NCBI RefSeq assembly: GCF_009557235.1
Contig: NZ_CP045650.1
Span: 1,980,001-2,012,000 of the forward strand
DNA from: Acinetobacter wanghuae
Lineage (GTDB): Bacteria; Pseudomonadota; Gammaproteobacteria; Pseudomonadales; Moraxellaceae
Direction of reading: 5' to 3'
DNA length: 32,000 nucleotides
The notes beneath the pieces were generated by a model. The model was not told the DNA's origin, did not search any database, and saw only the letters and a program-made list of their open reading frames with translations. Positions 17,967 through 29,339 of this stretch are shown piece by piece; position 1 is the stretch's first letter; each line of letters begins with the position of its first letter. Made by a program: the position numbers and the translations under genes.

Positions 17967-17973
17967 CAGAATA

Positions 17974-18050
17974 TGGTGGCTATGACGAGACTTGAACTTG
18001 TGACCCCCGCATTATGAGTGCGGTGCTCTAACCAACTGAGCTACATAGCC
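17974..18050 (-). tRNA. tRNA-Met (elongator type, anticodon CAU), CCA encoded
   Basis: The reverse complement is GGCTATGTAGCTCAGTTGGTTAGAGCACCGCACTCATAATGCGGGGGTCACAAGTTCAAGTCTCGTCATAGCCACCA. It is close to E. coli elongator tRNA-Met as I remember it. A lysidine-modified tRNA-Ile2 cannot be formally excluded from the sequence alone. Confidence 0.9.
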
Positions 18051-18065
18051 TTAAACTGTGCGCGC

Positions 18066-18094
18066 ATTATGAGTTTTTCCAAAAAAAACGTCAA
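18066..18094 (-). promoter_or_regulatory. Sigma70 promoter for tRNA-Met
   Basis: On the minus strand: TTGACG (18094-18089), a 17-nt spacer, CATAAT (18071-18066), then the GC-rich discriminator GCGCGC about 8 nt before the tRNA 5' end. This is a stringent-type stable-RNA promoter layout. Confidence 0.65.
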
Positions 18095-18122
18095 GCCCAT
18101 ATTGCGCTGTTTGATCAAAATT

Positions 18123-18500
<378 letters not shown>

Positions 18501-18526
18501 GAGCAGCATACTAACAAATCTTGAAA

Positions 18527-19301
<775 letters not shown>

Positions 19302-19422
19302 TTATGTAGAATGCTATTTTAACAAAAACTTGTTTTTTTGGTGAATAATCCTCATAAATTTAAAAAACTTCATCTTGGTTCGAGTTGCGGTACAATAGGC
19401 TTAAGTTTGGAAGTATCAGATT

Positions 19423-19902
19423 ATGGCGAAAGCAAGTATTGTAGTTAAAAAAAATAACGGCGGAACAATTGCACTCAATAAGCGTGCGCGCCACGATTAT
19501 TTTATTGAAGAAAAATTTGAGGCGGGGCTGTCGCTGCAGGGTTGGGAAGTCAAATCCATGCGTGCGGGTCGTATGACCATTGTGGAAAGCTATATTACCT
19601 TTAAAAATGGTGAAGCATTCCTGTTCGGTGCGCAAGTTCAGCCTTTGCTGAGTGCATCTTCTCACGTTGTACCCGAAGCGACCCGTACCCGTAAGCTACT
19701 CTTAAATCGTCGCGAGATTGAAAAATTGCAAGGCGCAATTAACCAAAAAGGTTATTCGTGTGTGCCATTAGCATGTTATTTCAAAGGTCCGCGAGTGAAG
19801 CTTGAAATTGCATTAGTAAAAGGTAAGCAATTACACGACAAACGTGCGACTGAAAAAGATCGCGATTGGCAACGTGATAAAGCGCGTATTTTCCATAAAT
19901 AA
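19423..19902 (+). CDS. smpB: SsrA-binding protein SmpB
   Basis: 159 aa with [27 protein letters not shown] and a basic C-terminal tail. Confidence 0.96.
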   Translation: MAKASIVVKKNNGGTIALNKRARHDYFIEEKFEAGLSLQGWEVKSMRAGRMTIVESYITFKNGEAFLFGAQVQPLLSASSHVVPEATRTRKLLLNRREIEKLQGAINQKGYSCVPLACYFKGPRVKLEIALVKGKQLHDKRATEKDRDWQRDKARIFHK

Positions 19903-19916
19903 AATACTGCGTTAAT

Positions 19917-19945
19917 AAAAAACCTCCAATCGTGGAGGTTTTTTT
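19917..19945. terminator. Bidirectional terminator between smpB and the flavodoxin-like gene
   Basis: aaaaaaCCTCCAatcgTGGAGGttttttt. Confidence 0.85.
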
Positions 19946-19958
19946 ATGGCTAATGAAA

Positions 19959-20510
19959 TTAATTTAAACGTAATACCGTTTGTGCAATATGCTCACCAAA
20001 TTTAAATGCAGTTTCCAAATCCCCTTCGGGTGGTGTGACATCTACAGGTGCATTATCAGATTGCGTCATAAGCCCTAAAAAGCTCGACATACGGTTTAAG
20101 TCTGCATTGCTACGCCCTGTTGGCATTAAAGGCAAACCCGTCCACAGCATGCCATGCTGCATCGCAAATAAATTAATTTGCTGAAGAACGGCCAGTTTAT
20201 CACCACTTAAGCCGCCACCATTGGTAAAGGCTGCAGCAAGTTTGCCTTGCCAAGTACGCGCCAACCAACGTTTAGAGGACTGTTCCATAAACAATTTCAT
20301 AGCTGCACTCATGCTGCCCATATAAGTCGGACACCCCAAGACAATTGCATCCGCTTGATCTAAAGCATCCCAATCCACATACTCAACATCCATCACCTGA
20401 ACATTGGCAATCGATTGCTTCGCACCATTGGCAATATATCCTGCCACTTTAGCGGTATGACCATAGGGGCTGTGATAAACAATCACGATGGTTTTGGAAG
20501 ATAAAGACAT
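19959..20510 (-). CDS. Flavodoxin-fold NAD(P)H-dependent oxidoreductase (WrbA/flavodoxin-like)
   Basis: From MSLSSKTIVIVYHSPYGHTAKVA.. (FMN-binding loop) and ..AIVLGCPTYMGSMSAAMK... I start the CDS at the ATG at 20510; the track's N-terminal extension to 20648 overlaps pgeF and looks spurious. Confidence 0.75.
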   Translation of the reverse strand: MSLSSKTIVIVYHSPYGHTAKVAGYIANGAKQSIANVQVMDVEYVDWDALDQADAIVLGCPTYMGSMSAAMKLFMEQSSKRWLARTWQGKLAAAFTNGGGLSGDKLAVLQQINLFAMQHGMLWTGLPLMPTGRSNADLNRMSSFLGLMTQSDNAPVDVTPPEGDLETAFKFGEHIAQTVLRLN

Positions 20511-20550
20511 AACAATTAACAGCCAATCATTTGGTAAAAGTGTAACATTT

Positions 20551-21291
20551 TCAAGCCATAAACACGAATGTTGCCATCCGCCCTGTTTTGGCTTCACGAC
20601 GGTAAGAAAAATATTCATCTTGTTGGGTAAATGAACACTGATCTCCACCGAATACAGTGGTTACGCCATGCTGCTTCAAGATATAACGCGCAATCGCATA
20701 CAGGTCAGCATAATGCTTGCCCTGCTTCTCGCCTGCTTTAAAAGCACAATCAAGTTCAGGATACTTCGAGCAGAAAGCCGCTTTGACTTCCTCTCCAATC
20801 TCAAAACAATCTTGACTAATAGCAGCACCAAGCCATGCAAATACAGGCTGTGTTTGCATTTCGGCAATAGTGTTTTCAATGATCCCGTTGGCAAGTCCTC
20901 GCCAACCTGCGTGCAAATTTGCGACTTCACTGCCGTCCACATTGACCAAAACCACAGGTAAACAATCTGCGGTCATCATCATTAAGGCATGCTTTTGGCG
21001 CTGCGTGACCAAACCATCACCGATCAATGCAGCAAAGGTCATTTGCTCATTAATGGTATGGCAAATGGTGCTGTGGGTTTGGGTCATCCACGTGATTTTA
21101 TCAACACCATAAGGTTTAAAGTCGTTGAGTAATGCCATACGGTGCTGTTGCACACGTTCGGCATCATCATTGACATGCAATGCCAAATTAAAGCCACTCA
21201 GTTCAGGCTGCTTCGATGGTTGTATCTGTTCATGATGAACCCGGGTTTGCCCCACATAAACACCTTGCGGAAAACCCTCTACAAATTGCAT
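20551..21291 (-). CDS. pgeF: Peptidoglycan editing factor PgeF (YfiH / DUF152, laccase-like)
   Basis: It has the conserved motifs QTHS.., TADCLPV.., HAGWRG.. and sits downstream of rluD as in E. coli. I start the CDS at the ATG at 21291 (MQFVEGFP); the track's extension overlaps rluD. Confidence 0.88.
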   Translation of the reverse strand: MQFVEGFPQGVYVGQTRVHHEQIQPSKQPELSGFNLALHVNDDAERVQQHRMALLNDFKPYGVDKITWMTQTHSTICHTINEQMTFAALIGDGLVTQRQKHALMMMTADCLPVVLVNVDGSEVANLHAGWRGLANGIIENTIAEMQTQPVFAWLGAAISQDCFEIGEEVKAAFCSKYPELDCAFKAGEKQGKHYADLYAIARYILKQHGVTTVFGGDQCSFTQQDEYFSYRREAKTGRMATFVFMA

Positions 21292-21328
21292 GTCTATTCC
21301 TTTATTCCCTATGTTGTCGATTGTAAGC

Positions 21329-22381
21329 TTAGTACGCTTTGTTTTCAGTACGCAGCACTTCAACCAAATTAGCAAAGTCTTCTGGCCATGGCGCGTGGAA
21401 GGTCATTTCTTCTTTGGTTCGTGGGTGTTTCAAACCCAAAGTCGTTGCATGCAATGCTTGACGCTTAAAGTTACGCAAGGTGTCATCGAGCAATTGTGAT
21501 GCGCCAGCAGGCATACGTACACGTGGCATATACACAGGGTCACCAATTAAGCCGTAACCTAAATAGCTAAAATGCACACGAATTTGATGGGTACGACCAG
21601 TTTCAAGGCGCGCTTGAATACGGGTGAAATGTTGGAAACGCTCCTTGACGTTGTAATGCGTAATCGCATCTTTACCGCCTGGAAGCACCGTCATTTTTAC
21701 GCGATCGACCGGATGACGTTTGATCGGTTCATCAATCGTACCACCCGCAATGATATTGCCGTAAACAACCAAGTCATACAGACGATATACCGATTTTTTC
21801 TCAAGCTGACGGCTTAAAGAAAATTGCGATTCAAGATTTTTGGCAACCACTAATAAGCCCGAGGTGTCTTTATCAATACGATGCACCAAACCTGCACGCG
21901 CAAGCTCAACTGACTTTGGATAATGATGCAATAACGCATTCACCAATGTCCCTGAACTATTACCTGCACCCGGATGGACAACCATACCAACAGGTTTATT
22001 CACGACAATAATATCGTCATCTTCATACACAATATTTAACGGAATGTCTTCAGGAAGACTACGTGTTTGTGCTTCAAGCTCAACATTTAGGGTTAATATT
22101 TCTAAACCTTCACATTTATATTTTGGTTTTACCGGTTGACCATCAACCAATAAATTGCCTTCTTTGATCCATTGTTTTAGCTTTTCGCGTGAAAAATCAT
22201 TCCATACGATGGCTGCAACTTGGTCGATACGCTGCCCGAGATAACTTTCATCCACTTGAAATTGCAACGATAAACGGGTTGCAGTTGTGCCTGAAGTATG
22301 GTTATCTGCATCCTCAGAATCTTCAAGTAAATTGAAATCAGTTTCAGGGATATTAGAATTGGAAGATTGTGATTGACTCAT
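21329..22381 (-). CDS. rluD: 23S rRNA pseudouridine(1911/1915/1917) synthase RluD
   Basis: It has an S4 domain and the RluA-family catalytic motif HRIDKDTSGLLVVAK. It is divergent from bamD, which is the conserved arrangement. There is an N-terminal low-complexity extension of about 40 aa. Confidence 0.93.
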   Translation of the reverse strand: MSQSQSSNSNIPETDFNLLEDSEDADNHTSGTTATRLSLQFQVDESYLGQRIDQVAAIVWNDFSREKLKQWIKEGNLLVDGQPVKPKYKCEGLEILTLNVELEAQTRSLPEDIPLNIVYEDDDIIVVNKPVGMVVHPGAGNSSGTLVNALLHHYPKSVELARAGLVHRIDKDTSGLLVVAKNLESQFSLSRQLEKKSVYRLYDLVVYGNIIAGGTIDEPIKRHPVDRVKMTVLPGGKDAITHYNVKERFQHFTRIQARLETGRTHQIRVHFSYLGYGLIGDPVYMPRVRMPAGASQLLDDTLRNFKRQALHATTLGLKHPRTKEEMTFHAPWPEDFANLVEVLRTENKAY

Positions 22382-22452
22382 TTGCTCATTCAGGAAAAAG
22401 TGGTTTAATAGTGCAATTGTAGCTCATTGCCCGTATTAACAGAGGAATTTTT

Positions 22453-23418
22453 ATGTCGCTACCACATTATAAGATGACAATGCTTGCGCTGACCCTTGGC
22501 GTAGCATCGGCAATGGTAGGCTGTAGCAGTAATCCAAAAAAAGAAGTTGTAGATAAAGGTCCGCAATCTAGCGAACAAGTTTATATCCAAAAAGCACAAA
22601 AAGCGCTAGAACGAAACCAGTATTCAGATGCTGCGCAACAATTACAAGCATTAGAAACTTATTTCCCAACCAGTCAATATGCGCAACAAGCGCAGCTTGA
22701 ATTGCTTTATGTGAAATACCAACAAAAAGATTTTGAAGGTGCAATTGCCCTTGCAGATCGTTTTATTCGTCTAAACCCACAACATCCACATGTAGATTAT
22801 GCCTATTACGTGCGTGGGGTCGCGAATATGGAGCAGAACTATAATGGTTTACTGCGTTATACCTCGCTTAAACAGTCTCATCGCGATGTAAGCTATATTA
22901 AATTGGCGTATCAAAACTTTGTCGATTTCATTCGCCGCTTCCCATCAAGCGAATATGCGGTAGATGCTGCACAGCGTATGAAGTTCATCGGTCAAGAGTT
23001 GGCTGAGCATGAAATGAATGCGGCACGTTTTAATATTAAACGTAAAGCATATTTGGCTGCGGTTGAACGCTCGCAGTGGGTCATTGAACATTATCCTCAA
23101 GCGCCACAAACACCAGAAGCTTTAGCAACCATTGCTTATGGTTATGACAAGCTTGGTGATAAAACCACTGCGCAACAATATGTGGATATTTTAAAGCTGA
23201 ACTATCCAAATCTTGTGAAAGCAGATGGCACAGTGAATTTCCGTGCAGCGCGTAGTGAAGGCAGCTTCTTTAACCGTGCAACGCTGGGTATTTTGGGTTC
23301 AGGTGCAAAAACTGTCGCTGAAGATGATTCAACCTCGACAAATCCTGAAACCGAGAAGCGTAGCTTCACCAATCGTGTGACTTTTGGTTTACTCGATCGA
23401 CCAAAATCGGCTGAATAA
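22453..23418 (+). CDS. bamD: Outer-membrane protein assembly factor BamD (lipoprotein, TPR)
   Basis: It has the signal and lipobox ..SAMVGC, TPR-like repeats, synteny with rluD, and a long C-terminal extension as in pseudomonad-type BamD. Confidence 0.9.
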   Translation: MSLPHYKMTMLALTLGVASAMVGCSSNPKKEVVDKGPQSSEQVYIQKAQKALERNQYSDAAQQLQALETYFPTSQYAQQAQLELLYVKYQQKDFEGAIALADRFIRLNPQHPHVDYAYYVRGVANMEQNYNGLLRYTSLKQSHRDVSYIKLAYQNFVDFIRRFPSSEYAVDAAQRMKFIGQELAEHEMNAARFNIKRKAYLAAVERSQWVIEHYPQAPQTPEALATIAYGYDKLGDKTTAQQYVDILKLNYPNLVKADGTVNFRAARSEGSFFNRATLGILGSGAKTVAEDDSTSTNPETEKRSFTNRVTFGLLDRPKSAE

Positions 23419-23469
23419 GCTCGGCACAAGTGTCCAATAAGACAACTGTTTCGGGTGCATTTTTATAAA

Positions 23470-23500
23470 GGGCAAGGTATCATACTTGCCCTTTTGTTTT
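23470..23500 (+). terminator. Rho-independent terminator after bamD
   Basis: GGGCAAG-gtatcata-CTTGCCC followed by ttttgtttt. Confidence 0.75.
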
Positions 23501-23631
23501 GTCTAAGCTTCGCTTGAACAATTTGTGCAAAAGGTATACAAAGGAATGCAAGAGAATCGACTTCGTCAGTCGTATTCCAAATGATTCAATCGTTTAAACT
23601 TAAAGATGTAGCACGAGAAGCTCAATAGATT

Positions 23632-25563
23632 ATGGCCATTCCTCAACATACGATTGATCAAATTCTCGATCGCACCGATATTGTCGATGTGATTGGTCAA
23701 TTCGTGAAATTAAAAAAGACCGGTCGCACTTATTCGGGCTGCTGCCCTTTTCATCAAGAAAAATCGCCTTCTTTTCACGTTTATCGTGATAAACAATATT
23801 TTCACTGTTTTGGTTGTCAAGCCAATGGGAATGCCATTCGTTTTTTAATGGATATTGGCAGTCGTAATTTCGTCGAAGTGATGAAAGATTTATCGAGCCA
23901 GACGGGCGTTGAACTCCCAAAAGACAATACAGACTCGAATAAACTCAAATACAAACGTGAAACAGCCAAACCTAAAGTTGTTGCCGCGCCAAAACCACAA
24001 AATAATCAAACGGCACCCAATAACGTCAAGAATCTTGAACACATCCCAAATGATACAGCTCAAGTTGAACATTTCGATCCTTTTGCTGAGTTTCAAGCGA
24101 GCGAACAAGATTTCTCAAATGATCCGTTTGCATCATTTGAACAGATGCCTATGTCCGATGTGCAACAAGACGGTAACTTATACGATCTGCTTGAAAATAT
24201 CGCACAGTTCTATGAGCGCCAACTGCCTAAAAGTCAAAGTGCGCAGCAGTATTTTAAACAACGTGGTCTCACTGCGGAAACCATTGCCTATTGGCGTTTG
24301 GGCTTTGCCCCTGAAGATTGGCAACATTTAGAAAAAGCCTTCCCGCAAGATATTGAAGGCTTAAAACTGCTAGGACTCATTCGTACCAGTGACAATGGGC
24401 GCGAATTTGATTTATTGCGGGATCGGGTGATTTTCCCCATTCGTGATAGCAAAGGTCGCGTGGTCGGCTTTGGTGGTCGTGCGCTGAATGACGAAATCAA
24501 ACCGAAATACATCAATTCGCCTGACTCTGAAGTGTTCCATAAAAACCAATTACTCTATGGTTTATATGAAGGACGCAAAGAAAAAGCCCAAGATTGGCTG
24601 ATGGTTGAAGGTTATATGGATGTCATTGCGTTACAGCAATATGGCCTTCATGGTGCTGTGGCAACCTTGGGTACAGCCAGCAACACTGACCATATCAGTA
24701 TCTTATTCAAACAAAATAACCGGATTACCATTGCCTTTGATGGCGATGCAGCGGGTCAAAAAGCGGCACGGCGCACGCTAGAAATTGCGTTACCGCTGCT
24801 CAATGATGGTCGTGAGCTGAAATTTTTTGTTTTACCGAATGATCACGATCCGGATTCCCTCATTCGTCGTGAAGGGATTGAAAACTTTAGACGTTTGCTT
24901 GAGCAAGCACCGCTCATGTCAGATTTTATTTTCGCTTATTTGACCCGCAATCAGGATGTCTCCACTCCTGAAGGTAAAAGTCAGGTGATGGGCGAACTCA
25001 AAAACCTAACTGAATTATTGCCCAAACACGGTTCGTTCCGTTATTTGTTGCAGCAATTTTTCCGTGAAAAGCTTGGCTTTAATCGCAAATGGCAACCGCA
25101 AGTTAACAATGATGCATCCTTAAGCTTTAGCACCAAAATTGATGCTGAAGAATATGTGATCGCGATTTTACTCAATCATCCGTATTTATATATTCACTTT
25201 GAGCCGCTCCGTGCGCTGATTGCAGAAGATCAATTGCTGTTTAAAATTTTAAATATTTTGAATGTGATCTTTGAAGATTTACCCGATGATCCTGAGCTTT
25301 CTATTTATTATGTATTAGGCGCATGTGCGAATTATCATCATGAATTGCATAACATTTTATTGCATGCCAATGTCAGTGATTATACCTCATCACCCGAGCA
25401 AGCAGACAAACTTGCCGCCGATTTATCAACCAAGTTACAGCTGCAATCTTTAAAACATAAAATTAAATCAAAACAATTCAAAAGCATTGCAGAGATGAAA
25501 AATCTCAAATTACAAATTTATGAAATTGATAAGAAGCGTTCTATGACGCTAATTGAAGAATAA
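23632..25563 (+). CDS. dnaG: DNA primase DnaG
   Basis: It has a zinc-binding domain (CCPFHQEKSPSF..HCFGCQANGNAI), a TOPRIM RNA-polymerase core (EGYMDVIAL, FDGDAAGQKAA) and a C-terminal helicase-binding domain. Confidence 0.97.
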   Translation: MAIPQHTIDQILDRTDIVDVIGQFVKLKKTGRTYSGCCPFHQEKSPSFHVYRDKQYFHCFGCQANGNAIRFLMDIGSRNFVEVMKDLSSQTGVELPKDNTDSNKLKYKRETAKPKVVAAPKPQNNQTAPNNVKNLEHIPNDTAQVEHFDPFAEFQASEQDFSNDPFASFEQMPMSDVQQDGNLYDLLENIAQFYERQLPKSQSAQQYFKQRGLTAETIAYWRLGFAPEDWQHLEKAFPQDIEGLKLLGLIRTSDNGREFDLLRDRVIFPIRDSKGRVVGFGGRALNDEIKPKYINSPDSEVFHKNQLLYGLYEGRKEKAQDWLMVEGYMDVIALQQYGLHGAVATLGTASNTDHISILFKQNNRITIAFDGDAAGQKAARRTLEIALPLLNDGRELKFFVLPNDHDPDSLIRREGIENFRRLLEQAPLMSDFIFAYLTRNQDVSTPEGKSQVMGELKNLTELLPKHGSFRYLLQQFFREKLGFNRKWQPQVNNDASLSFSTKIDAEEYVIAILLNHPYLYIHFEPLRALIAEDQLLFKILNILNVIFEDLPDDPELSIYYVLGACANYHHELHNILLHANVSDYTSSPEQADKLAADLSTKLQLQSLKHKIKSKQFKSIAEMKNLKLQIYEIDKKRSMTLIEE

Positions 25564-25631
25564 AATTTGCTTTGATCGGTAGATGTCTATCTACAAATAA
25601 ATATTTTGATTTTAAAAGATTGAATACAAAA

Positions 25632-26915
25632 TTAATGCTTAGGTTTACGACGTTTTTGTACCACATCTTTTAAGTTGTCTTGCAGCATATCAAACAGGCT
25701 TGGATCTTCTTGCTTCGCGGCTTCACGTAATAAAATAGAAGTTGGATGCAATAATTTTTGCGTCAAACGATGCGAAAATTCAGTCATCACCTGTTCAGCG
25801 TTTTCACCCTGCTGAATACGCGCTAAAGCATGTGCCAATTCTTCTTGACGCAACTGCTCACCATGATCACGATAAGCATGAATCGTTGCACCCGCTTGAT
25901 TCACTTTTTGCTGAGTCATCAGTTCATTGACCAGCTGACTTACCATCACTTCGGCTTCAACGGCTGCTTGACGACGCTGCGCAAGATTTTCATCAATCAC
26001 ACTCTGCAGGTCATCAACCCCATACAAATACACGCCATCTAAGCTTTCTACTTTAGCGTCAATATCACGCGGAACCGCCAAATCTACGAGCAAAATTTGT
26101 TTATAACGACGTTTTTTCAGTGCCGCTTTAACATCCGCAAAAGCGATGACTTGATGCAAACTCCCCGTACAACTTGAAATCACATCGGCACGATGTAAAT
26201 TTGCTGCAAGTTCAGAAAATTCGATAATCTCTACATCAACCCGATGGGCAATTTCTTGGGCTAACTTTTCAGCACGGCTACGGGTACGGTTACAAATAAT
26301 GATTTTACCGACGCCCATTTCCGCCAAGTGTTTTGCCACAAGACTGTTCATTTCCCCTGCTGCGACCACCATAATGGTCAACTTGGCAGGATGACTAAAA
26401 ACTTGAATCGCGAGCTGTGCCACAGCGTAGCCCATCGACACGGCATGACTGCCTACTGCGGTTTCCGAACGAACGCGTTTTGCCGCGTAAAAGGCATATT
26501 CAAAGATACGATTGAGATTTTGTGAAACGGTTTGCGCGTCTTTTGCAAGTGATAACGCAGTTTTAACTTGACCTAAAATCTGCGGTTCACCGAGCATTAA
26601 AGAATCAAGACCACTTGCAACACGCATTAAGTGTGTGACCGCTTCTGCATTTTCATAACGATAGACATGATTTTGTAATTGTTTGACATCAATGCCGTTT
26701 TTTTTGGCGAGCCAATCTAGCACCATGTCGATATTGTTCGACATCGCGTAAACTTCGGTCCGATTACATGTAGACACCACCACGAGATCGTTCAGCTCGG
26801 GGTGTTGGCTTTGCTCAAGCAATAAAGCACTTAACTTTTCAGGGTTAAACGCCACTTGTTCGCGCAGCTCTACAGAGGCGGTTTGATGGTTGACACCCAA
26901 TGCAAAGAAAGACAT
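25632..26915 (-). CDS. hemA: Glutamyl-tRNA reductase
   Basis: 427 aa with N-terminal [13 protein letters not shown], the active-site STCNRTEVY, and the NADPH-binding VVAAGEM. Confidence 0.96.
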   Translation of the reverse strand: MSFFALGVNHQTASVELREQVAFNPEKLSALLLEQSQHPELNDLVVVSTCNRTEVYAMSNNIDMVLDWLAKKNGIDVKQLQNHVYRYENAEAVTHLMRVASGLDSLMLGEPQILGQVKTALSLAKDAQTVSQNLNRIFEYAFYAAKRVRSETAVGSHAVSMGYAVAQLAIQVFSHPAKLTIMVVAAGEMNSLVAKHLAEMGVGKIIICNRTRSRAEKLAQEIAHRVDVEIIEFSELAANLHRADVISSCTGSLHQVIAFADVKAALKKRRYKQILLVDLAVPRDIDAKVESLDGVYLYGVDDLQSVIDENLAQRRQAAVEAEVMVSQLVNELMTQQKVNQAGATIHAYRDHGEQLRQEELAHALARIQQGENAEQVMTEFSHRLTQKLLHPTSILLREAAKQEDPSLFDMLQDNLKDVVQKRRKPKH

Positions 26916-27016
26916 ATCAGGTCATCAATTCGCTAAATTTGTGCTATTGTGCAACATTGGTGTCATAAAAAAGCATTAGTTGGATCAAGAAAAAATTGCG
27001 TCAAATAACAAGCTGT

Positions 27017-28708
27017 ATGAACAGCACTACAATTAAGCAATATTCTACCACAATCTTACTTGTCGGTAGCATGGCTTCGACTGCCCAAATTCAGGCAGCG
27101 GAAGCAGTTTACCACGCAAATCAAAATTATGAAGCGATTAAACAAAGCATGATTGCTGAGTTTGCCCTTTCTGCTCATGATATTCCAACCGCTTTACATA
27201 ATTATACCGTGCTCGCCATCAAGAGTAATTCTACTGCCGTCAAGCAACGTGCCTTAAATGTAGCGCTTGAACACGAGGAACTACGAGCCGCATTAGATAT
27301 TTCTACCCATTGGGTCGTACAAGAGCCCGAAGATGTTCCTGCGCTCTTTTATTTGGCGCATATTGCCCTAAAAGCACATGAATATGAATTGGCTGCTGAA
27401 ACTTTAGATAAAATTTTAAAAATAGATGACAGTGCCAATTTAGAAGAAATTTTGGTCGGGATCTCGCCTGATAATACAGAAGATCGTGAATATCTCATTC
27501 AGGCACTCAGCACCAGTAAAACCAAAGATAATCCGTCTATTTTGGTTTTAATTGCAGGGCTTGAAGCGCAGAACGCACAGCTTGAACAAGCTCTTGAAAC
27601 CATTAATCGTGCTTTAAAAAAACGTCCAAAAACGACCGGCTATATCCTGATGAAAGCCAATTTACTCAGTGGTCTAGGCGATGAAAACGCAACATTGGCG
27701 TGGTATGACAAAGCCAGTCGTAAAAACCGCAATAATTTGGATATCCGTTTAGCAGAAGCCAAATACTTAATCAAACTGAACCAATCCACACGTGCGTTGC
27801 AAAAGCTTGAAGATATTATTAAAAAATGGCCAACCAATGAAGAAGCCTTATTTATTGCTGGTTTGACCAGTATTGACTTAGAAGAATATGAAAAGGCTGA
27901 AAAATACTTAGTGGAACTACGCTATTCCATGCAATATCAAAATGAAGCCTATTACTATTTAGCCGTGAATGCCGAACGCAAACAGCATTTTGAAACAGCT
28001 AAAGCTTACTATCGCTTGGTCGATGGCAGTCTTTATACCGTTTCACGTCGCAATATGATTTCGATTTTTAGCGAACAAGACAAACTCAATGATGCCTTAC
28101 GTTTTTTGACTCAAGAACGCGTCAATTATCCACAGCATGCCAGTTTCTTATATCAGGCACAGTCCGATATTCTAAAACGCATGAACAATAAAAAAGCAGC
28201 GCTACGTTTACTCGATGAAGCCATTCAAAATGTGCCTGATGATCCCGAACTGATCTACGCACAAGTCTTATTGCTTGACCCTTATGAAGATCGTGACCTG
28301 CTGGATCAGCGCCTAAAGTCTTTATTACGCATTGAACCGAATAGCCCAACCTACCTCAATGCTTATGCCTATACATTAGCGATGCAAAATCGTCGCTTAG
28401 ATGAAGCACGCGGTTATGTGGAAATGGCTTTAGAACTTGCACCAGAGCAAGCCTCTATTTTAGATACTTTGGGTTATATTTGTTATTTGCAAAATGACTA
28501 CGCAACCTCTGCGAGCGTCTTAGAAAAAGCCTATACACTCAGCCCCAATGTTAAAATTGGGGTGCGCTATGCACGTTCTTTGTATATGAATGGCGATTTG
28601 CAGCGCTTTAATACGGTGTTAAAACAATTACAACAAAATCATGAAAATGATCCTGAATTAAATCAGCTTTATTCGTTATTGTTAGTGCCACCTTTCCAAA
28701 CGAGCTAA
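27017..28708 (+). CDS. Secreted/periplasmic tetratricopeptide-repeat protein
   Basis: It has a signal-like N-terminus (..ILLVGSMASTAQIQAAEA) and many TPR-like repeats, and it lies upstream of lolB-ispE as in pseudomonads. I start the CDS at the ATG at 27017; the track's TTG at 26996 is also possible. Confidence 0.8.
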   Translation: MNSTTIKQYSTTILLVGSMASTAQIQAAEAVYHANQNYEAIKQSMIAEFALSAHDIPTALHNYTVLAIKSNSTAVKQRALNVALEHEELRAALDISTHWVVQEPEDVPALFYLAHIALKAHEYELAAETLDKILKIDDSANLEEILVGISPDNTEDREYLIQALSTSKTKDNPSILVLIAGLEAQNAQLEQALETINRALKKRPKTTGYILMKANLLSGLGDENATLAWYDKASRKNRNNLDIRLAEAKYLIKLNQSTRALQKLEDIIKKWPTNEEALFIAGLTSIDLEEYEKAEKYLVELRYSMQYQNEAYYYLAVNAERKQHFETAKAYYRLVDGSLYTVSRRNMISIFSEQDKLNDALRFLTQERVNYPQHASFLYQAQSDILKRMNNKKAALRLLDEAIQNVPDDPELIYAQVLLLDPYEDRDLLDQRLKSLLRIEPNSPTYLNAYAYTLAMQNRRLDEARGYVEMALELAPEQASILDTLGYICYLQNDYATSASVLEKAYTLSPNVKIGVRYARSLYMNGDLQRFNTVLKQLQQNHENDPELNQLYSLLLVPPFQTS

Positions 28709-28712
28709 TTTT

Positions 28713-29318
28713 ATGATGTTAAAACTCAATTCTATGACATGCGTTCTATTGGCATCGAGTATTTTAAGTTTGACAGGCTGTCAGCAGGTCATCAAACCTG
28801 AATCAAATGTCACCACACCGACACTTGAAGCGCCTGATCAACATACGCAAGCTGATCGTCAATTTCAGCTACAAGGTAAAATTGGGGTAAAAACAGCTCA
28901 ACAAAGCGGCAGTGCCTTTTTTACTTGGCTACAAGACCAAGACCAGTTTGATATCGAGCTCACCGGAATTTTAGGCATTGGTAAAACGCAAATTTCCGGA
29001 CAACCTGGTAATGTCACACTAAATAGCGCTAAAACTGGCTTAATTGAAGCATCCACACCTGAAGAATTACTGCAACGTGCGACTGGTTGGCAAGCGCCAA
29101 TCACACACCTTGTTGATTGGGTTCAGGCACGTCCCGCGACCAATAGCGCACAGGTACAAAAGGATGCCAACAATCGTATCAGCCAAATGATTGAAGATGG
29201 TTGGACAGTAGACTTAAGCTATAACGCACAAGCACAGCTACCGAATCGTTTGATTTTAAAACAGCGCTTAGACAATGGCGGTGAAAACCGTATTACAATG
29301 GTCATTCAAGACCGTTAA
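28713..29318 (+). CDS. lolB: Outer-membrane lipoprotein receptor LolB
   Basis: It has the lipobox LSLTGC, is about 200 aa, and occupies the conserved position immediately upstream of ispE. Confidence 0.88.
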   Translation: MMLKLNSMTCVLLASSILSLTGCQQVIKPESNVTTPTLEAPDQHTQADRQFQLQGKIGVKTAQQSGSAFFTWLQDQDQFDIELTGILGIGKTQISGQPGNVTLNSAKTGLIEASTPEELLQRATGWQAPITHLVDWVQARPATNSAQVQKDANNRISQMIEDGWTVDLSYNAQAQLPNRLILKQRLDNGGENRITMVIQDR

Positions 29319-29339
29319 CTGATTTGATTTAAGTCTCCT

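Noticed and set aside
15629-17973. I looked for an integrase, a transposase, inverted repeats or a direct repeat of the tRNA-Met 3' end bounding the islet
   Set aside because: None was found by eye, so the region is not called a mobile element, only a compositionally atypical islet.
19360-19665. 101-aa minus-strand ORF opposite smpB
   Set aside because: It is a shadow of the conserved smpB gene, with an Arg/Cys-rich nonsense-like translation.
20511-20648. N-terminal extension of the flavodoxin-like ORF; the same issue applies to the pgeF ORF (21292..21375) and the yfhL ORF (18791..18865)
   Set aside because: The extensions overlap the 3' ends of the upstream genes and add non-conserved residues. 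The internal starts give proteins of canonical length.
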